Source: Polyangiaceae bacterium | GTDB taxonomy: Bacteria; Myxococcota_A; Polyangia; Polyangiales; Polyangiaceae | NCBI GenBank assembly: GCA_029261965.1 | Contig: JAJDAH010000357.1 | Coordinates: 1-42,672 of the forward strand | Direction: 5' to 3' | DNA length: 42,672 nucleotides | Shown: one piece after another, positions 33,536-42,672 of the stretch | Layout: the number at the start of each line of letters is the position of its first letter | Numbering within the stretch: position 1 is the first letter of the stretch | Translations under genes and position numbers: made by a program | The notes under the pieces: model-generated | What the model was told of the DNA's origin: nothing | The model's database searches: none | The model's input: only the letters and a program-made list of their open reading frames with translations

Positions 33536-35710
33536 GTGGCATCATTTTCTTCGGGCACCAACACGAGGCTCCCCTGGCTACTGGCGGCGATGCTGCTGGC
33601 TCAAGGGTGCTCGTCTGACGGCGATTCGAGAGCCGACGGCTTCGGCGGCGCGTCGGCGTCGAGCGGCGCTGGCGGCGTCGGGGGTAGCTCGAACGTGGAC
33701 GGGAGCGCGAGTGGAGGAACAGGCAACGTGCTGATTTCCGATGCCGGAAACGGCTCAGTCATGAGTCTCGCGGTCGATCCACCGATGGCGACGATGGAAG
33801 TCGTGAACTTGATGGCCGGCTCCCAACAGTTCCAAGCCATCGCGACTTACCAAGACGGATCGACCGGACCGGTGACGGCCAACTGGGTGTTCGATCGACC
33901 CGAGCTCGGACGAGTCAACGCCACCGGTGGGCTTTTCACTCAGCAAGGCTTCCGGGGCGGCGTTGGTACGGTCAGCGCCGACAGCGAAGGCGTCACGGCC
34001 ACGGCACAGGTGACGGTGGTGCTGAAATTCGAGGACGACACCGGAGCACCGACACAACCCGAGAAGGACGCCTTCAACCCGCCAGGAACGACCCCGAGCG
34101 GCACTTTCGTCTACCCTTATGACCAGACCGTCTTCCCGCGAGGCCTGCTGCCTCCGGAGTTGATGTGGGACGGCGGCGGCGCCGGCGACAAGTACAAGGT
34201 GACAATTCGCGACGCGTTCGTGGAGCTCACCGCGTACATCAGCGCCGATCCGCCGAGCCGTTGGTCCATGGCGGACAACTGGTGGCGTTCGCTCACAGAA
34301 AGCAGCGACGGCACCACCCCGGTATCCGTCGAGGTGCAGCGCCTCGATTTGACAGGACAGGCGCACCAAGCGATGAGCCAAAGCTGGGTGATCGCTCCCG
34401 GCAGCTTGCGGGGAACGATCTACTACTGGGCGGTGTCCCAGGGCGCGATCATGAAGATCAATCCTGGCGCCGCGGCGCCAGTGCCCGCCTTCGACCCCCA
34501 GCCGTCCGGAATGATCGGGGCGCCAGCGCCAATCGCTGGTTACGACAACCGAATGCCGCCGTGGGACGCGAACCCGCAAGGAGACCGCTGCGTTGCCTGT
34601 CACACGGTGTCTCGCGACGGCACGAGACTCTCTGCAGCGTTCAGCGCAACTTGCGACGGCAGCGGGGAATGCAACCGTCCGTGGGGAATCGTCGACAATG
34701 CAACCCAAACCATCGAGTTGGTGTCGACATACCGGCCGGCGAACTCGAACTTCCAGGCGCTGAGTCCCGACGGATCGCGCATCGTGTTCGACTTGACCGA
34801 CTTCACGATGCGTTTGGCCGATCCTTCGACCGGGGCAGTGCAACCGAGCGCATTGGATTCGATGACCGGTGTCGCGCATCCGCAGTTCAACCACGACGGC
34901 AGCATGCTCGCCTACGTTTCGAGCGCCGCGGGACCCGGTGGCCCGATCGAAATGAACCAGAGCAACCTGAACGTCATCGACTTCAATGGTGTGGATTTCG
35001 CCAATGGCCGCACGATCCAGCTCGCCGCCACCGAGGCACCACCTTCGGGCGAAGGCTCCGTCATCGCGTTCCCGAGCTTCCTGCCGGACGGGCAATGGGT
35101 CATCTATCAGCGCGGCACGTACAGCCGCGCGAAGTTCGGGCCGGCTGGGACGGACACGGGATTCAACAACCTCTTTCTGTCTCCCGTCGCCGGCGGAGCG
35201 CCGATCAAGCTCGGCCGGATGAGCGGCGCGAACCTGGACACGAAGGACAACCGCCGCAGCTACTCGCCTCGCCCACTCCCGGTGGCGGCCGGTGGCTATT
35301 TCTGGGTCGCGTTCACCAGTCCGCGCACCTACGGAAACCGCATGGTGTCGACCACCGACGCGACCATAGACAACCGAAAGCAGCTGTGGGTCGCGGCGAT
35401 CGACCTCAGTCCGTCCGCGGGCGCGGACCCGAGCCACCCGGCCTTTCTTCTGCCGGGACAGGACCTCACGACGATCAACATGGATCCCTATTGGGCGCTC
35501 GAACCGTGCCACAGCAACGGCGAGTCGTGCGACGAGGGGTTCGAGTGTTGCTCGGGATTCTGCCGTGAACTCAGCGGAACGTTCCAGTGCGTTCCGCCGG
35601 TCAACGACTGCAGTCGGGTCGGCGACCGATGTGCCACGAGCGGAGACTGCTGCGAACCAAACCTTCAGTGCATCGCCGGCGTCTGTTCGCTACCGACGCC
35701 ACCGAGATAG
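33536..35710 (+). CDS. large lipoprotein: Gly/Ser linker, TolB/PD40-like beta-propeller repeats, C-terminal Cys-rich module
   Basis: Signal plus lipobox LPWLLAAMLLAQGC. PD40-like repeats (ALSPDGSRIVF, QFNHDGSMLAY, PSFLPDGQWVIY). The terminal ~70 aa carry 14 Cys (CHSNGESCDEGFECCSGFC...). The antisense ORF 33755-35512 is Arg-rich. Confidence 0.75.
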   Translation: MASFSSGTNTRLPWLLAAMLLAQGCSSDGDSRADGFGGASASSGAGGVGGSSNVDGSASGGTGNVLISDAGNGSVMSLAVDPPMATMEVVNLMAGSQQFQAIATYQDGSTGPVTANWVFDRPELGRVNATGGLFTQQGFRGGVGTVSADSEGVTATAQVTVVLKFEDDTGAPTQPEKDAFNPPGTTPSGTFVYPYDQTVFPRGLLPPELMWDGGGAGDKYKVTIRDAFVELTAYISADPPSRWSMADNWWRSLTESSDGTTPVSVEVQRLDLTGQAHQAMSQSWVIAPGSLRGTIYYWAVSQGAIMKINPGAAAPVPAFDPQPSGMIGAPAPIAGYDNRMPPWDANPQGDRCVACHTVSRDGTRLSAAFSATCDGSGECNRPWGIVDNATQTIELVSTYRPANSNFQALSPDGSRIVFDLTDFTMRLADPSTGAVQPSALDSMTGVAHPQFNHDGSMLAYVSSAAGPGGPIEMNQSNLNVIDFNGVDFANGRTIQLAATEAPPSGEGSVIAFPSFLPDGQWVIYQRGTYSRAKFGPAGTDTGFNNLFLSPVAGGAPIKLGRMSGANLDTKDNRRSYSPRPLPVAAGGYFWVAFTSPRTYGNRMVSTTDATIDNRKQLWVAAIDLSPSAGADPSHPAFLLPGQDLTTINMDPYWALEPCHSNGESCDEGFECCSGFCRELSGTFQCVPPVNDCSRVGDRCATSGDCCEPNLQCIAGVCSLPTPPR

Positions 35711-35842
35711 ACCCGCGACGGTAAAACTCGACGCGGACGCGCCGTTTCGGCTCGACGCGCCGCTCGAAAGGGCCCGTGCTCGAGCTGCGCACCGCCCCGG
35801 ATAGCGGTTCAATCAGCGGCCAAGTCGGCGTAGGGTTCGCTC

Positions 35843-36451
35843 GTGGCGGAGCACAGGCTCACGATGTCGGACACCCTCACCGACAAGATCAACATCGAGC
35901 AGCGAGCCATCCAGATCCCTTCGTCGTATCTGGTCAAGGGCATGTTCTTCTCGCGCCTGGTCGACATGCTGGGGGACGATTGGCAGCGTGTCCAACGCGA
36001 AGTCGACAAGCCACCGCGTCTCGGTCGCTACATCGCGTTCAAGGACTACCCTCAGGCGGACTACTTGAGGGTCACCGGGGCGCTCGCTCAAAAGCTCTAT
36101 CCGCGGAGCGCGGCTTCCGAGGGCCTTCGCCGAGTTGCCCGCGACGACTTTGCTTTGTTCGCGAGCTCGACCTTCGGCAAGGTCGTTCTCGCGGTGGTCG
36201 GGGACGCGAAGAGCGCACTTCTGAAAATGCCGACCATCTACGAAAAAATGGCCCCGGGAGATTGGACGGTCACCGCCAGTGAAATCGACGAGCGCGTCGT
36301 GCGCCTCGAATTCAAACCGAACTACGGCACTTGGCACTACCAGGTTGGCCAAATAGAAGGCCTGATCTGCCACTTCGGACAGACACCGACCATCACGGTG
36401 TCAGAGCCGGAGAAACACCACTTCAGGTACGACATTCAGCACGGTAGCTGA
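35843..36451 (+). CDS. DUF2378 / TIGR02265-type protein (myxobacterial paralogous family)
   Basis: Recognised from memory by the IEQRAIQIPSSYLVKGMFF-type N-terminal block and ~200 aa size. A GTG start at 35843, with an alternative ATG at 35864. Confidence 0.5.
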   Translation: MAEHRLTMSDTLTDKINIEQRAIQIPSSYLVKGMFFSRLVDMLGDDWQRVQREVDKPPRLGRYIAFKDYPQADYLRVTGALAQKLYPRSAASEGLRRVARDDFALFASSTFGKVVLAVVGDAKSALLKMPTIYEKMAPGDWTVTASEIDERVVRLEFKPNYGTWHYQVGQIEGLICHFGQTPTITVSEPEKHHFRYDIQHGS

Positions 36452-36479
36452 CGTCGAGGGCACTGTCCCTCACCCACCG

Positions 36480-37049
36480 CTAGCTCGTCGACGCCGTGCG
36501 CATGTTGCCCTTGAGCGACATCAGTGTTTGCGGCGTGTAGAAGTAGGGATAGCGCGGGTTCGGCGCTTTCAGATTTGGCATCGGCTGACCGTCCTTGTCG
36601 AGAAAGACGATCCGAGGAATGTAGTTGCCGAGGTTCCCGAGCTTTTGGGCGAGTCCCGAGGGCGCGTTGTCTTGGTCCAAGAGAACCATGACGAGCGAGT
36701 CAGCTAGCTTCGCGACCTCGGGGTCCATGAACACCGGTGCGAGGTTGCGACACTTTGGACACCAGTCCGCGTAGACGAGCAGGAAGATGTTCTTGCCGCT
36801 CGTCTTGGCCTCGGCGAGGCCCGCGTCCCAGGTGCGCCAAACGAACGGCGCTTTCCACTCGATGGCACCGCCCTTCTTTTTGGAGGGAGCACGCGCGGTC
36901 GGCACGACGGCGGCAGGAGCGGGATTTCGAACAGCGGCTACCGGTTCCGCCCTCGGCGTTTCCTTTTTGGCGATGGGCCCTGGCTCACACCCCAACGAGA
37001 CGCCGAGAAGCAACGCGGCCGCCCAGCCGCGGCGACGGGAGTCGAACAT
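36480..37049 (-). CDS. thioredoxin-like (TlpA/ResA-type) lipoprotein
   Basis: WCPKC active-site CxxC. Signal plus lipobox AAALLLGVSLGC. ATG at 37049; the longer ORF begins with GTG at 37124. Confidence 0.7.
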   Translation of the reverse strand: MFDSRRRGWAAALLLGVSLGCEPGPIAKKETPRAEPVAAVRNPAPAAVVPTARAPSKKKGGAIEWKAPFVWRTWDAGLAEAKTSGKNIFLLVYADWCPKCRNLAPVFMDPEVAKLADSLVMVLLDQDNAPSGLAQKLGNLGNYIPRIVFLDKDGQPMPNLKAPNPRYPYFYTPQTLMSLKGNMRTASTS

Positions 37050-37084
37050 GATGGCGGATTCATAACACGTGCCGACCGGAAAGC

Positions 37085-38263
37085 TCACGACAAGTCCGCC
37101 AGAACCATCGCTCCAGCAACGCACTGGTACCGCCGTAGCGAGACCCCGTCACCGGTTGGCACCAGGACGAGTAATGCAGACCCGGTCCAAACAGCGCGAG
37201 ACGCACCGGGCGCCATCTTCTCCGGCAGGACGCCCGCGAGCCGGGGCGCCGGTTTGCTCAATCGATACGACAGCGCGGGATCGTGAGGCCACTCAAGCCG
37301 GGGTCGATCCCCATCGCAGGAGAGCTCGGCACCGGAAAAGTCGTGGCTCACCGACGGGGCTCCGCCCCCGACGATCCGAACCGCTCGACGTCCGCGGGCA
37401 CAGTCCGCAGAGACGAAGGTGACGTCGCCCAAGACCACCGACCCACGCGGTCCACATCCGGGAAGCACGTCGTTCGCCTGAGCGTACTCTGGATCCGTCT
37501 GAATGCTGAAAACGGTCGTCGTACGCTTGCCGGCTTTCCGCGTGCACACGCCGTAGTGCCGTCGGCCGGGCGTCGACGAGAAAGCCGCGATGCCGACGTC
37601 GCACGGCTCGGGCACCGCTAGCGGCAGACCGCGCTTCGCGGCCCCTTCGGGGCGGAGCCGGAAAAAATCGAACCCCGTGCACGGTTGGTCGCTTTGCTCG
37701 GTGCACGGAACGACGCTCCCGCGCCGCAGAACGACGAGCTCCCCATCGGAAGACGCATCCACCGCCACGTGACCCCTCTTGCCGACGCGACCGAGTTCGG
37801 TCGGCCCGAGGTCCATCGCCTCTTGGCGAAACACCATGGTGTCGAGATCTCCCAGAGTAGCGAAACTTCGTACCCGCGATCGGTCGCGCTCGAGCCACCC
37901 GATCCCGAGCATCGGTCCAGCGGTGGCAACCGAGATCTCGACGGAATGTGCCGCGATTTGCTGCTTGTCGCGCGGGGGCCGATGAACGATGAGCTCGTTG
38001 CCTTCCGGAGCCCCGACGTGCGTGAGCTTTTGCACGCGAATGCTCCCGCCACTCCGTCCGGGATCTCCCCAGACGAGCACCGCACCGTGCGGAGCGAGGG
38101 CAATGTCGAAGGCGGTCGGCGTGGCAACTCGCCGACTGGTCTTGGTCGGTGGTGCGGGCGTCGTGCTCGCACTCGGCGCCGGACCTGGTGAAATTTCTTT
38201 GACCTCGTCACATGCACCGAGGAGCAGCGACAACAGGAGAGGAGAACCGGTTTTCACAAGCAC
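37085..38263 (-). CDS. hypothetical lipoprotein
   Basis: Signal plus lipobox SPLLLSLLLGAC. A GTG start directly after the upstream terminator T-run; an alternative GTG lies at 38255. Confidence 0.5.
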   Translation of the reverse strand: MLVKTGSPLLLSLLLGACDEVKEISPGPAPSASTTPAPPTKTSRRVATPTAFDIALAPHGAVLVWGDPGRSGGSIRVQKLTHVGAPEGNELIVHRPPRDKQQIAAHSVEISVATAGPMLGIGWLERDRSRVRSFATLGDLDTMVFRQEAMDLGPTELGRVGKRGHVAVDASSDGELVVLRRGSVVPCTEQSDQPCTGFDFFRLRPEGAAKRGLPLAVPEPCDVGIAAFSSTPGRRHYGVCTRKAGKRTTTVFSIQTDPEYAQANDVLPGCGPRGSVVLGDVTFVSADCARGRRAVRIVGGGAPSVSHDFSGAELSCDGDRPRLEWPHDPALSYRLSKPAPRLAGVLPEKMAPGASRAVWTGSALLVLVPTGDGVSLRRYQCVAGAMVLADLS

Positions 38264-38297
38264 AAAAAAATGTCGCCCCGCTGAGGAGGCGGGGCGA
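38263..38297 (-). terminator. rho-independent terminator for PEGA-domain gene
   Basis: Perfect 10 bp stem GTCGCCCCGC / GCGGGGCGAC with loop TGAGGAG. On the minus strand it is followed by ATTTTTTTG. Confidence 0.75.
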
Positions 38298-38322
38298 CGT
38301 CTGAGGTGTCAGCTCAGTCTGA

Positions 38323-40035
38323 CTAAAATTTCGCGTGAATGCTCGAAGTACCTCCACCGGCGACGTTCACCGAACGCACTTTGCGGCCCGAAGGTCCCGC
38401 GAATACGATGGTGTGGGCGCCGGCGCTGACGCGCACCGACTTCGGCGTCATGCCGAGAGGACGGCCGTCGACGATGATGTTTGCCGGAGGATCCGCGCTG
38501 ATGTTGATGATGCCCTTGCCCGCCTTCTGCGGCTTTTGGGCAATCGCCGGTGAGCCACCGCTGGACGCGGCGAGCTTCTTCATGAGCGCCGAAGCCGGCG
38601 CCGGAGGTGCGCTCGCACGAGTCGCTGCCGTCAGCTTCGAGCCGTAGCTCTCTCCTGCGGACTCGTCGTCCGCTTCTTGGGGCGCAGCCGCGAACAGGTC
38701 GTCCGCGCTCGCGATCCCATCGCCTTCCTTTTTGGCCTTGGCTGTCTTCTCGTCGAGCGTCAGCTCGAGGTTGAGAACCGCGTCGGAGCTACCGGTCACC
38801 GAAATCGCGCGATCCGCCATGGGCTGAAAACCCTTGGCTTCGGCTTTCACGAAGTGGGTGCCTGGCTCGACGTTTTCTACGCGGCACGGCGAGGTGTCAC
38901 ACTTCTTGGTTCCGTCGACGTAAATCTCGACACCGCTGACCGTGGCATTGCCCGGTCCTGCGACGGTGACGACGAGCGAGCCGTCGCCGGACGCCGCCGC
39001 GCTCTTCGCGCCCACGACACCAATCACGCCAAGCGCTCCAATGACGACCGCGGCAGCGATCGCGAACGGCGCGACGCGCGAGGTCCAGCTACTCGACGCC
39101 GGTGGCGGCAGAGTCGCCGCCATCGGCGCGATGCTGGTGCGGTGGTAGCCGACGGGAGTTTCGACGGGCGAGGGAATCGACGGAGGCGGGGGCAAAGGTG
39201 CTACCGCATGCGCATTCGCCGAAGCCGGGGGCAGCGACGTCGTCGACACCCGCGAAGGCACCGGCGTCATCGAACGCACCGGTCGGGTCGACGGCAGCGG
39301 TGGAAGATGCGCGGCTGCCGTCGGCATCGAAGCGATTGCAGACGCCGGTGGCGCCGCGACAGGCGGGGCGGCAGCGACGGGCACACGGGGCGCCGGGGGC
39401 AGCGGCGACGGCAACGCACGCGTCGGCGTCTCTTCCGCGTCCGCAACGGGCTCCGGAGGTACCGGCCGCTCGAGCGACTGCGGGAACGCGGCAAGATTGC
39501 CACCGAACACGACGGTGGGTTCTTCCTCGTCGTCGTCGATGTCGTCGAGTGGCTCGGCTATGTCCTCGATGGGAGCCGAAGCCAAGGCGGGTGGCGCCAC
39601 GGAGCTCGGCGCAGGCGGCGGCGTGGCCGGACGCATGCTGGGTGGCGGCGGCGCCGAAGCACGCGCGGTCGCGACCGGCGCGGGCACCATGCTGGGCGGC
39701 GGAGCGGAAGCGCTCGTCACGGCAGCCGCGGTCAGCTGTGCGACCGAGGACGCCGATACCGAAGAGCGCGCGCTCGGCGGCGCCGGAATCGGACTCTTCG
39801 TGGACGAGCCTCCACCCACGAGGCTCGCTAGCGCGTTCGAATCGAGCGAACGGCCAGTGGGTGGTGGTGGTACCGACGAACCGGCGCGAGGCGCCTTCTT
39901 CGTCAGAGAGGCAAAAACATCGAGATCACCGCTCGACGCCTCACGCTCCGTGTCCGGGGCGACTTCGGCTGTCTCGGGCGCGTCCCAATCGAGCTCCGCT
40001 TCATCAACATCAGCTTCCAGATCCTCTTTAGTCAT
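38323..40035 (-). CDS. PEGA-domain membrane protein with acidic N-terminus and long Pro/Ala-rich linker
   Basis: ATG at 40035 lies 6 nt after GAGGAG. TM helix VAPFAIAAAVVIGALGVIGVVGA. Two PEGA-like domains (VSGVEIYVDGTKKCDTSPC...PGTHFVKAEAKGF and ADPPANIIVDGRPLGMTPKSVRVSAGAHTIVF). Confidence 0.7.
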   Translation of the reverse strand: MTKEDLEADVDEAELDWDAPETAEVAPDTEREASSGDLDVFASLTKKAPRAGSSVPPPPTGRSLDSNALASLVGGGSSTKSPIPAPPSARSSVSASSVAQLTAAAVTSASAPPPSMVPAPVATARASAPPPPSMRPATPPPAPSSVAPPALASAPIEDIAEPLDDIDDDEEEPTVVFGGNLAAFPQSLERPVPPEPVADAEETPTRALPSPLPPAPRVPVAAAPPVAAPPASAIASMPTAAAHLPPLPSTRPVRSMTPVPSRVSTTSLPPASANAHAVAPLPPPPSIPSPVETPVGYHRTSIAPMAATLPPPASSSWTSRVAPFAIAAAVVIGALGVIGVVGAKSAAASGDGSLVVTVAGPGNATVSGVEIYVDGTKKCDTSPCRVENVEPGTHFVKAEAKGFQPMADRAISVTGSSDAVLNLELTLDEKTAKAKKEGDGIASADDLFAAAPQEADDESAGESYGSKLTAATRASAPPAPASALMKKLAASSGGSPAIAQKPQKAGKGIINISADPPANIIVDGRPLGMTPKSVRVSAGAHTIVFAGPSGRKVRSVNVAGGGTSSIHAKF

Positions 40036-40296
40036 GACCAGCTCCTCAACTAGCGATTGACACCTACGACACTCATGTTCGGGGACAGTCGGCCCGTGAG
40101 CCAGCCGAAAGTACCTGAAAACGTTGGGGATTCCGTTATTGGAGAAGAATTCCAACGTCCATGCACCGATCGGTGCAGTCCCGGTGGATCCTGCCCGCCA
40201 GGGCGGACTCGACGTGTGTCGTCGACGCGCGCCAGAGTGATGAAGCCTGCAGTTTAGTGCGTGTTTGGTAGAGCCGGTGTGCAGTCGCGCCGCCGA

Positions 40297-42063
40297 TCAG
40301 CGGTAAGGCCCCCCGCGCCCTCGAAGCTCCATGCCGAGACCGATCAAGCGGTCGAGCCACGGCAGAGCGACTGCGGGATCTTTCATCGGTGCGGGCAAGA
40401 CAATCTCGAGCGAATGCGATTCGATCCGCAAGCCGAGTGTCTCCGCCCGAATGTCGGCAACGATTGCCGCAGCTCTCGGTGAAAACGGCGAGGCAGAGCC
40501 GACCTCGTTTCCAGCATCGCGGCTGACGTGTCGTCGATACTTCTTGGCGATCGCCTTCGGCACCCAAACCGTTACGTGGGTCGCCTCGGGACGCGCATCG
40601 GCATCCCACCAGATCGTTGCGACGCTCACTTGAAAGCCATCGAGCTCACCGGTGACGACCATGCGCGCCGTCTCGAGCTCGCCATGCAGGTGCCCCGCGA
40701 GCGCACGCCAAGCTTTCTCGAATGGCTGTAGCATGGCGGGTGGCGGTATTCGCGCCCGACCTTGCTCGACGCGCTGGGCGATTTGGATCACCGACCACGC
40801 GAACGCCGCTAGCCGCTTTGGATCCTGGCCAGAACCCCGCCGCACGATCCGGATGTTCTCGTCGTCCATGTCCGCGAGAGTGAAAAGAAGACCGCGTCGG
40901 TGCATGGGCGCGATGAACGCCTTCACTTGCGCGAGCTCTCTGCCCGTCGCGTAGTGGTTTTTACCGATGGGGAACTCGCGCCTCCCCTCGACGTATCGGC
41001 GAAATCCACGACGTGGGCCGCCGTCCAGACCAAGATGCAACGACGGGAACGCGAGCTCGCCGACGAGGTGGGCCGTGCGACGTCGGTACTCCTTGCGAAT
41101 CTCGAGCCGCACACGACCAACTTCGCCCACGAGCACACCGCTTTCGAGTGTGAGGTCGAGCTGGTCGGCCACCGAATCCCAAACCGCGTCGACTCTACGC
41201 GAGCCGACTGCCGGGGGCGCTTGCCCCTCGCCGTGGCTCTTCGAGCCGTCGGGCAACACGACTATGGGGCACGCTCCGACGATGTCCGAAGCCAACAGAC
41301 CTCGCCGGAGCTTCACTTCGAGCTTCCAATCCAGCGACCAGAGCCGCGAGCTCGTTGGGACCGTTGCCGGCAGGTTCGTCGGGGCGCGCATGCGAAACGG
41401 AACGCTCCCGCCACCCGCCAGACCCTCGGCTCCAAGAGTGAGCGCGTATCGAAATGCCTCCGTGGGCTGCGAGTGACGCGATTGTTGCGTCCCCACCAAC
41501 GAAACGACGATGGCCTCGAAGTCGATGCCGGCGGCGTCTCCCACGGCGATTTCGCCGCGCACGGTCTTGTCGGGGCGTATGTGGGTATCCGCTAGGCTCC
41601 ACTCGACGTACGGCCCCACCCGGCTCGGCGACGCGGTGGTGAAGACACCCGGCGTCGAACGAACGTCCACCGGTGCGGGCGCCGCTAGAAGCGTAAAGTG
41701 GCTCCGTCGGTCAGGCCACCACGGAACCTGCACGTGCACGAGCACTCCGTATTCGGTCGTCGCGCCCGCGCCCGAGTAAGTCGCTGGAGCACTTGCCGGG
41801 AGCGAGAAGCGACACTGAAACTGCTGGCGACCGCGCTCGAGGCGCCGCGCCTTGGAGAGGGTCGCCCCCTGCCGCAAGGCCACCCGCTTCCAGCTCCGCT
41901 TGCCGACCCTCAGCTCGTCGACCACCTTCAAGCTCACCTGCAAGCGATCGATCGCGACCGCACGCTTGGCGTCGAGCACGATCGTGGCGACGAAGCTCGC
42001 TCCGGGATGGACGACTTTTGGCGCGAGCAGTTGCACGCTCGGACGTGTCTTGATGATCGCCAC
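40297..42063 (-). CDS. hypothetical protein (588 aa)
   Basis: A long ORF with balanced composition and high GC3. No family was recognised. Confidence 0.5.
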   Translation of the reverse strand: MAIIKTRPSVQLLAPKVVHPGASFVATIVLDAKRAVAIDRLQVSLKVVDELRVGKRSWKRVALRQGATLSKARRLERGRQQFQCRFSLPASAPATYSGAGATTEYGVLVHVQVPWWPDRRSHFTLLAAPAPVDVRSTPGVFTTASPSRVGPYVEWSLADTHIRPDKTVRGEIAVGDAAGIDFEAIVVSLVGTQQSRHSQPTEAFRYALTLGAEGLAGGGSVPFRMRAPTNLPATVPTSSRLWSLDWKLEVKLRRGLLASDIVGACPIVVLPDGSKSHGEGQAPPAVGSRRVDAVWDSVADQLDLTLESGVLVGEVGRVRLEIRKEYRRRTAHLVGELAFPSLHLGLDGGPRRGFRRYVEGRREFPIGKNHYATGRELAQVKAFIAPMHRRGLLFTLADMDDENIRIVRRGSGQDPKRLAAFAWSVIQIAQRVEQGRARIPPPAMLQPFEKAWRALAGHLHGELETARMVVTGELDGFQVSVATIWWDADARPEATHVTVWVPKAIAKKYRRHVSRDAGNEVGSASPFSPRAAAIVADIRAETLGLRIESHSLEIVLPAPMKDPAVALPWLDRLIGLGMELRGRGGPYR

Positions 42064-42093
42064 GCGGCCATCGTAGCCCGGACAGAGCCGGGG

Positions 42094-42672
42094 TCACCGT
42101 CGAGATCGCCGCCGTCGGCGCACGACGACGAGACTCGCGCAGAGCGCCAGAAGCCCGAGCGGCCCTGCATTGCCGGGCGCCGCAAGCCGGCAGCTGCACC
42201 CCGAGCTCGTGTCAGCGTCAGCCGCCGACGAGTTTCCCGATCCCGCGGCGCCAGCCGCTGATGGAACGCCGCCCGTTCCCGACCCGGTGTTCGCCGCGGC
42301 GCCCCCTGCCCCACCCGTGCCGGGTGATGCTCCGCCCGACGACACACCGCCGGTAGAAGTGCCACCACCCGTACCCGGCGCAGCTCCGCCAGCACCGACT
42401 GGCATGGCGCTACCGTCGTGCCATTCGTAGGCGCCGACATCGACCTGAGTGCCTTGTGGCCGAGGGATCCGATCCGCGTCGAGACTCGGCGCGAGATCCG
42501 AGCCCCCGCTGTCGATCGCAGGGGCACTCGGCAAAAGATGCAGATCGTAGCCCGCGGGATCGACGAACATCAGCGCCAGATCGGTCACCACGATGTTGTT
42601 GTCCTCGACGATTCCGGGTCCCTCGTTACTCAAGTCCGTCACGATGTTGTTCCGCACCACGCACCCCTCGCT
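42094..42672 (-). CDS. secreted protein fragment ending in a MYXO-CTERM sorting signal (N-terminus beyond window end)
   Basis: Gly/Thr/Ser-rich segment, then SGCSCRLAAPGNAGPLGLLALCASLVVVRRRRRSRR (GC motif, hydrophobic helix, Arg cluster), which is the MYXO-CTERM pattern. The ORF runs off the 3' edge of the window. Confidence 0.6.
   Translation of the reverse strand, partial: SEGCVVRNNIVTDLSNEGPGIVEDNNIVVTDLALMFVDPAGYDLHLLPSAPAIDSGGSDLAPSLDADRIPRPQGTQVDVGAYEWHDGSAMPVGAGGAAPGTGGGTSTGGVSSGGASPGTGGAGGAAANTGSGTGGVPSAAGAAGSGNSSAADADTSSGCSCRLAAPGNAGPLGLLALCASLVVVRRRRRSRR

Noticed and set aside
33755-35512. 585 aa minus-strand ORF, and the Arg-rich ORF 34165-35568
   Set aside because: Low-complexity Arg-rich frames overlapping the TolB-like lipoprotein, which has a signal peptide, PD40 repeats and a Cys module.

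Overview
This is a ~70% GC stretch that looks like a Myxococcota (myxobacterial) chromosome. The pointers are a MYXO-CTERM sorting tail, a DUF2378-type protein, PEGA-domain proteins, an FHA-sigma54 activator beside a Hanks kinase, and many Cys-rich lipoproteins with Gly-rich linkers.

The standout feature is a dense, single-strand array of about 31 tRNA or tRNA-like genes on the minus strand at roughly 27095-30441. Spacers are 1-110 nt. Together with a separate tRNA-Ser(CGA) at about 24683-24769, the array covers all 20 amino acids. Most members fold with acceptor, anticodon and T arms. Several are non-canonical (C33 anticodon loops, shortened D-arms, a CAU tRNA with a long variable arm, G-U-rich acceptor stems, CCA encoded in only some), and the two at the distal end are degenerate. 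The array sits on the same strand as an SPFH/band-7 gene, an HNH endonuclease and the tRNA-Ser. It is preceded by a ~500 bp AT-richer leader and a strong rho-independent terminator.

Other modules:
- a cpxP/spy-like gene, a tiny His-rich lipoprotein, and an OmpR-type regulator / histidine kinase pair in one operon
- an arsR and MIP-channel pair overlapping by ATGA
- seven paralogous Cys-rich lipoproteins whose linkers are encoded by tandem DNA repeats
- a conserved ~45 bp hairpin motif found twice, each time immediately after a TAG stop codon
- a VWA protein with a probable frameshift
- housekeeping-type genes (HtrA fragment, N-formylglutamate amidohydrolase-like, AurF-like di-iron protein, alpha/beta hydrolase, CFA synthase, bioA, thioredoxin-like lipoprotein, TolB-like lipoprotein)

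Many long Arg-rich antisense ORFs in the supplied ORF track are GC-driven artefacts and were not called.
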